A stretch of DNA of 64,000 nt from Solirubrobacterales bacterium. Its GTDB lineage: Bacteria; Actinomycetota; Thermoleophilia; Solirubrobacterales; 70-9. Where the stretch lies: the NCBI GenBank assembly GCA_036269215.1, contig DATASN010000033.1, positions 9,359 to 73,358 on the forward strand. Reading direction: 5' to 3'. Shown in pieces: positions 61,488 to 64,000 of the stretch (the first letter of the stretch is position 1; each line of letters opens with the position of its first letter). The translations under genes and the position numbers were made by a program. The notes beneath the pieces were generated by a model that was not told the DNA's origin, did not search any database, and saw only the letters and a program-made list of their open reading frames with translations.

Positions 61488-62618
61488 ATGACCGACGTCC
61501 TGAGCACGATCGCCGAAGGCTTCAAGCAATCCCTCCTGATGGCGTACGAGGTCTGGTGGGCGCTCGTCCTCGGCTTCGCGATCTCGGCGATCGTCCAGGC
61601 CTGGGTGCCGCGCGAGAGGATCCAGGCGACGCTCTCCGGCGACGGGCCGCGCCCTATCGCCTGGGCCATCGGGCTCGGCGCCGCCTCCTCCTCCTGCTCC
61701 TACGCGGCGATCGCGATCGCCAAGAGCCTCTTCCAGAAGGGCGCCTCGGCCGCCTCCGCGCTCGCCTTCCAGTTCGCCTCGACCAACCTGGTCTGGGAGC
61801 TGGGGCTGGTGCTCTGGGTGCTGATCGGCTGGCAGTTCACCCTGGCCGAGTACGTCGGCGGCACGATCATGATCGTGCTGATGGCGGTGCTGCTGCGTGC
61901 CTTCGTCTCACCGCGCCTGGAGGAGCAGGCTCGCGCCCACGCCCAGGCCGCCGACGGCCACGAGCACGAGCACGACCACGGAGACGGCGAGGCGGCGGCG
62001 GGCTGGCGCGAGCGGGTCCTCTCGGCGGAGAGCTGGACCGGCGTCGCCCGCAACTTCCGCGGCGACTGGCAGATGCTCTGGAAGGAGATCGGGATCGGCT
62101 TCCTGCTTGCCGGCTTCATCGGCCTGCTCGGCAACGACTTCTTCAACGGCCTCTTCCTGACCGGCGCGCCGGGCTGGGTAAACGCGCTCGAGAACGTGAT
62201 CGTCGGGCCGCTGATCGCCGTGCTCAGCTTCGTCTGCTCGGTCGGCAACATCCCGCTCGCGGCGGTGCTCTGGTCCGGCGGGATCAGCTTCGCCGGGGTG
62301 ATGGCCTTCATCTTCGCCGACCTGATCGTGCTGCCGATCGTCGCGATCTACCGCAAGTACTACGGCTGGCCCTTCACGCTGCGGATCGTCGCCCTGATGC
62401 TGGTGACGATGATCGTCGCCGCACTCGCCGTCGACGGCCTCTTCAGCGCCGCCGGCCTGGTGCCGACGACGCGGCCCAGCCGCGACGACATCTTCGGCTC
62501 GGTGCAGCTCGACTACAAGCTGGTGCTCAACCTGATCGGAGTGGCCGTCTTCGTGGCGCTCTTCCGCTTGAGCAGCCGCGGCGAGGCCTCCGCGCCACCC
62601 TGCCCGGCTCACGCTTAG
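61488..62618 (+). CDS. ArsP_1/DUF318-family permease with a His-rich cytoplasmic loop
   Basis: It has two homologous halves with the motifs AASSSCSYAAIAIA and FVCSVGNIPLAAVLW. The central loop is HAQAADGHEHEHDHGDGE. The ATG is at 61488. Confidence 0.75.
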   Translation: MTDVLSTIAEGFKQSLLMAYEVWWALVLGFAISAIVQAWVPRERIQATLSGDGPRPIAWAIGLGAASSSCSYAAIAIAKSLFQKGASAASALAFQFASTNLVWELGLVLWVLIGWQFTLAEYVGGTIMIVLMAVLLRAFVSPRLEEQARAHAQAADGHEHEHDHGDGEAAAGWRERVLSAESWTGVARNFRGDWQMLWKEIGIGFLLAGFIGLLGNDFFNGLFLTGAPGWVNALENVIVGPLIAVLSFVCSVGNIPLAAVLWSGGISFAGVMAFIFADLIVLPIVAIYRKYYGWPFTLRIVALMLVTMIVAALAVDGLFSAAGLVPTTRPSRDDIFGSVQLDYKLVLNLIGVAVFVALFRLSSRGEASAPPCPAHA

Positions 62619-62650
62619 AGGCGGCGCCGCGGGGTATAGGCTCGGACGGA

Positions 62651-63844
62651 GTGCCCAGCCATGAGCTGACTGAACGGTCGAGTGCCGGGGCCTCGTCGGT
62701 CCGGTACGAAGGCGCGACCAAGCGCTACGGAGACTCCCCTGTCGCCGCGGTCGAGAAGCTGACGCTGGAGGTGCCCGCCGGGGAGATCTGCGTCCTGGTC
62801 GGACCGTCGGGGTGCGGCAAGACGACCGCGATGCGGATGGTCAACCGCACGGTCGAGATCAGCGAGGGCGACATCCTGATCGGCGAGCAGTCGGTGCGCG
62901 AGCGCGAGCCCGCCCAGCTGCGGCGGGAAATCGGCTACGTGATCCAGCAGGTCGGGCTCTTCCCGCACCGCACGATCGCCGAGAACATCGCCGCCGTGCC
63001 GCAGCTGCTCGGTTGGAAGAGGGAGCGCACGGCCGCCCGCACCGCCGAGCTGCTCGAGCTGGTCGGGCTCGGCGCCGAGCTCGGCGGGCGCGACCCGGCG
63101 CAGCTCTCGGGCGGCCAGCAGCAGCGGGTCGGGGTCGCCCGCGCGCTCGCCGCCGACCCGCCGGTGATGCTGATGGACGAGCCCTTCGGCGCGATCGACC
63201 CGATCAACCGCGAGCGCCTGCAGAACGAGTTCCTCCGCCTGCAGGCGGAGATCGGCAAGACCGTCCTCTTCGTCACCCACGACATCGACGAGGCGATCAA
63301 GATGGGTGACCGGATCGCGGTGATGCGCGAGGGCGGCAGGGTGGCCCAGTACGCGACCCCGGCCGAGATCCTGATGGACCCCGCCGACGAGTTCGTCGAG
63401 GACTTCGTCGGCGCCGACCGGGCGCTGAAGCGGCTGGCGCTGATGCGGGTCGCCGACATCGACCTCTGGGAGGCGCCGCTGGCCTACGTCGGCCAGCCGA
63501 CCGCCGAGGTGCGGGCGAAGCTGGCCGCGCCGGAGGTCGAGGTCCCCTACCCGCTGCTGGTCGACGGCGAGCGCCGCCCGCTCGGCTGGCTCTCCGAGCG
63601 CGACCTGCGCGCCGACGTCGTGCCGAGCCGCCCCGACTCGCCGCTCGGCCCGCTGCTCGATCGCGACGACGTGATGCGCGACGCCCTCGCCGACCTGCTG
63701 CAGGGTGAGGCCCAGTACGCCGCGGTGACCGATGCCCAGGGCCGGATCGCCGGCGTGCTCTCGGTCGAGATCATCTCCGAGTTCCTCGGCTCGCCGCAGG
63801 CGAAGACCGAGGAGCACGGCGCGGTGGAGCGGCCGCATGGCTAG
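62651..63844 (+). CDS. Osmoprotectant-type ABC transporter ATP-binding protein with tandem CBS domains (OpuCA/ProV-like)
   Basis: Walker A is GPSGCGKTT, the signature is LSGGQQQRVGVARAL, and Walker B is VMLMDEPFGAID. The C-terminus is a CBS pair. The GTG at 62651 is assumed. Confidence 0.85.
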   Translation: MPSHELTERSSAGASSVRYEGATKRYGDSPVAAVEKLTLEVPAGEICVLVGPSGCGKTTAMRMVNRTVEISEGDILIGEQSVREREPAQLRREIGYVIQQVGLFPHRTIAENIAAVPQLLGWKRERTAARTAELLELVGLGAELGGRDPAQLSGGQQQRVGVARALAADPPVMLMDEPFGAIDPINRERLQNEFLRLQAEIGKTVLFVTHDIDEAIKMGDRIAVMREGGRVAQYATPAEILMDPADEFVEDFVGADRALKRLALMRVADIDLWEAPLAYVGQPTAEVRAKLAAPEVEVPYPLLVDGERRPLGWLSERDLRADVVPSRPDSPLGPLLDRDDVMRDALADLLQGEAQYAAVTDAQGRIAGVLSVEIISEFLGSPQAKTEEHGAVERPHG

Positions 63845-64000
63845 CCCGGCGCTGCTGGCGGCGGTCGGCGAAGTCGGCAAGGGCTTCATCCACGAACGCA
63901 GCTCGGAGACCCTCCCCTGCCAGGCGACCGGCAAGCTCTTCTGCTTCGACTGGGCCAAGGAGCACATCAACCGCTACGGGACCCCGACCCTGCAGCACCT
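63837..64000 (+). CDS. Probable ABC transporter permease (5' fragment; runs off the window)
   Basis: The ATG at 63837 overlaps the ATPase stop by 8 nt and gives MASPALLAAVGEVGKGFIHERSSETLPCQATGKLFCFDWAKEHINRYGTPTLQH. The call rests on context only. Confidence 0.45.
   Translation, partial: MASPALLAAVGEVGKGFIHERSSETLPCQATGKLFCFDWAKEHINRYGTPTLQH

Overview
The window is about 70% GC with dense coding and many 4-nt start/stop overlaps. It looks like an Actinomycetota chromosome, possibly Thermoleophilia/Solirubrobacterales-like, but that placement is a guess. I found no rRNA, tRNA, CRISPR array, transposase or integrase.

The main feature is a roughly 22 kb type IV pilus (T4P) locus of the monoderm type (no secretin) on the minus strand, 11.7-33.6 kb. 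Its transcription order is:
- pilT2
- a PilX-like protein
- a membrane protein
- pilB-pilT-pilC
- a 4.7 kb accessory islet
- pilA
- a secreted PD40-repeat protein
- two minor pilins
- pilD-pilM-pilN-pilO
- a membrane protein

The accessory islet carries MNT plus a truncated HepT, two AAA ATPases and two VapBC modules.

The pilA leader contains what looks like a c-di-GMP-I (GEMM-I) riboswitch, and a G9 homopolymer lies in the putative promoter spacer upstream of it.

Other content:
- Cell division and signalling: a parA-like gene coupled to an ftsZ with an N-terminal extension, followed tightly by ggt and an Rv1264-type adenylate cyclase; an ArsA-like ATPase pair.
- Transcription: the primary sigma factor; three paralogous TetR genes plus a double-wHTH/SCP2 regulator; an ECF sigma/anti-sigma/lipoprotein module.
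- Metabolism: glpX, two F420-type LLM oxidoreductases, egtB-egtD, pntAA-pntAB-pntB, and beta-oxidation genes.
- Transport: a P-type ATPase, an ArsP-like permease behind a CsoR-type palindrome, and an OpuC-like ABC transporter.
- A PAS/MBL/HD cluster.

All calls come from reading the translations and the DNA by eye. No searches were run.
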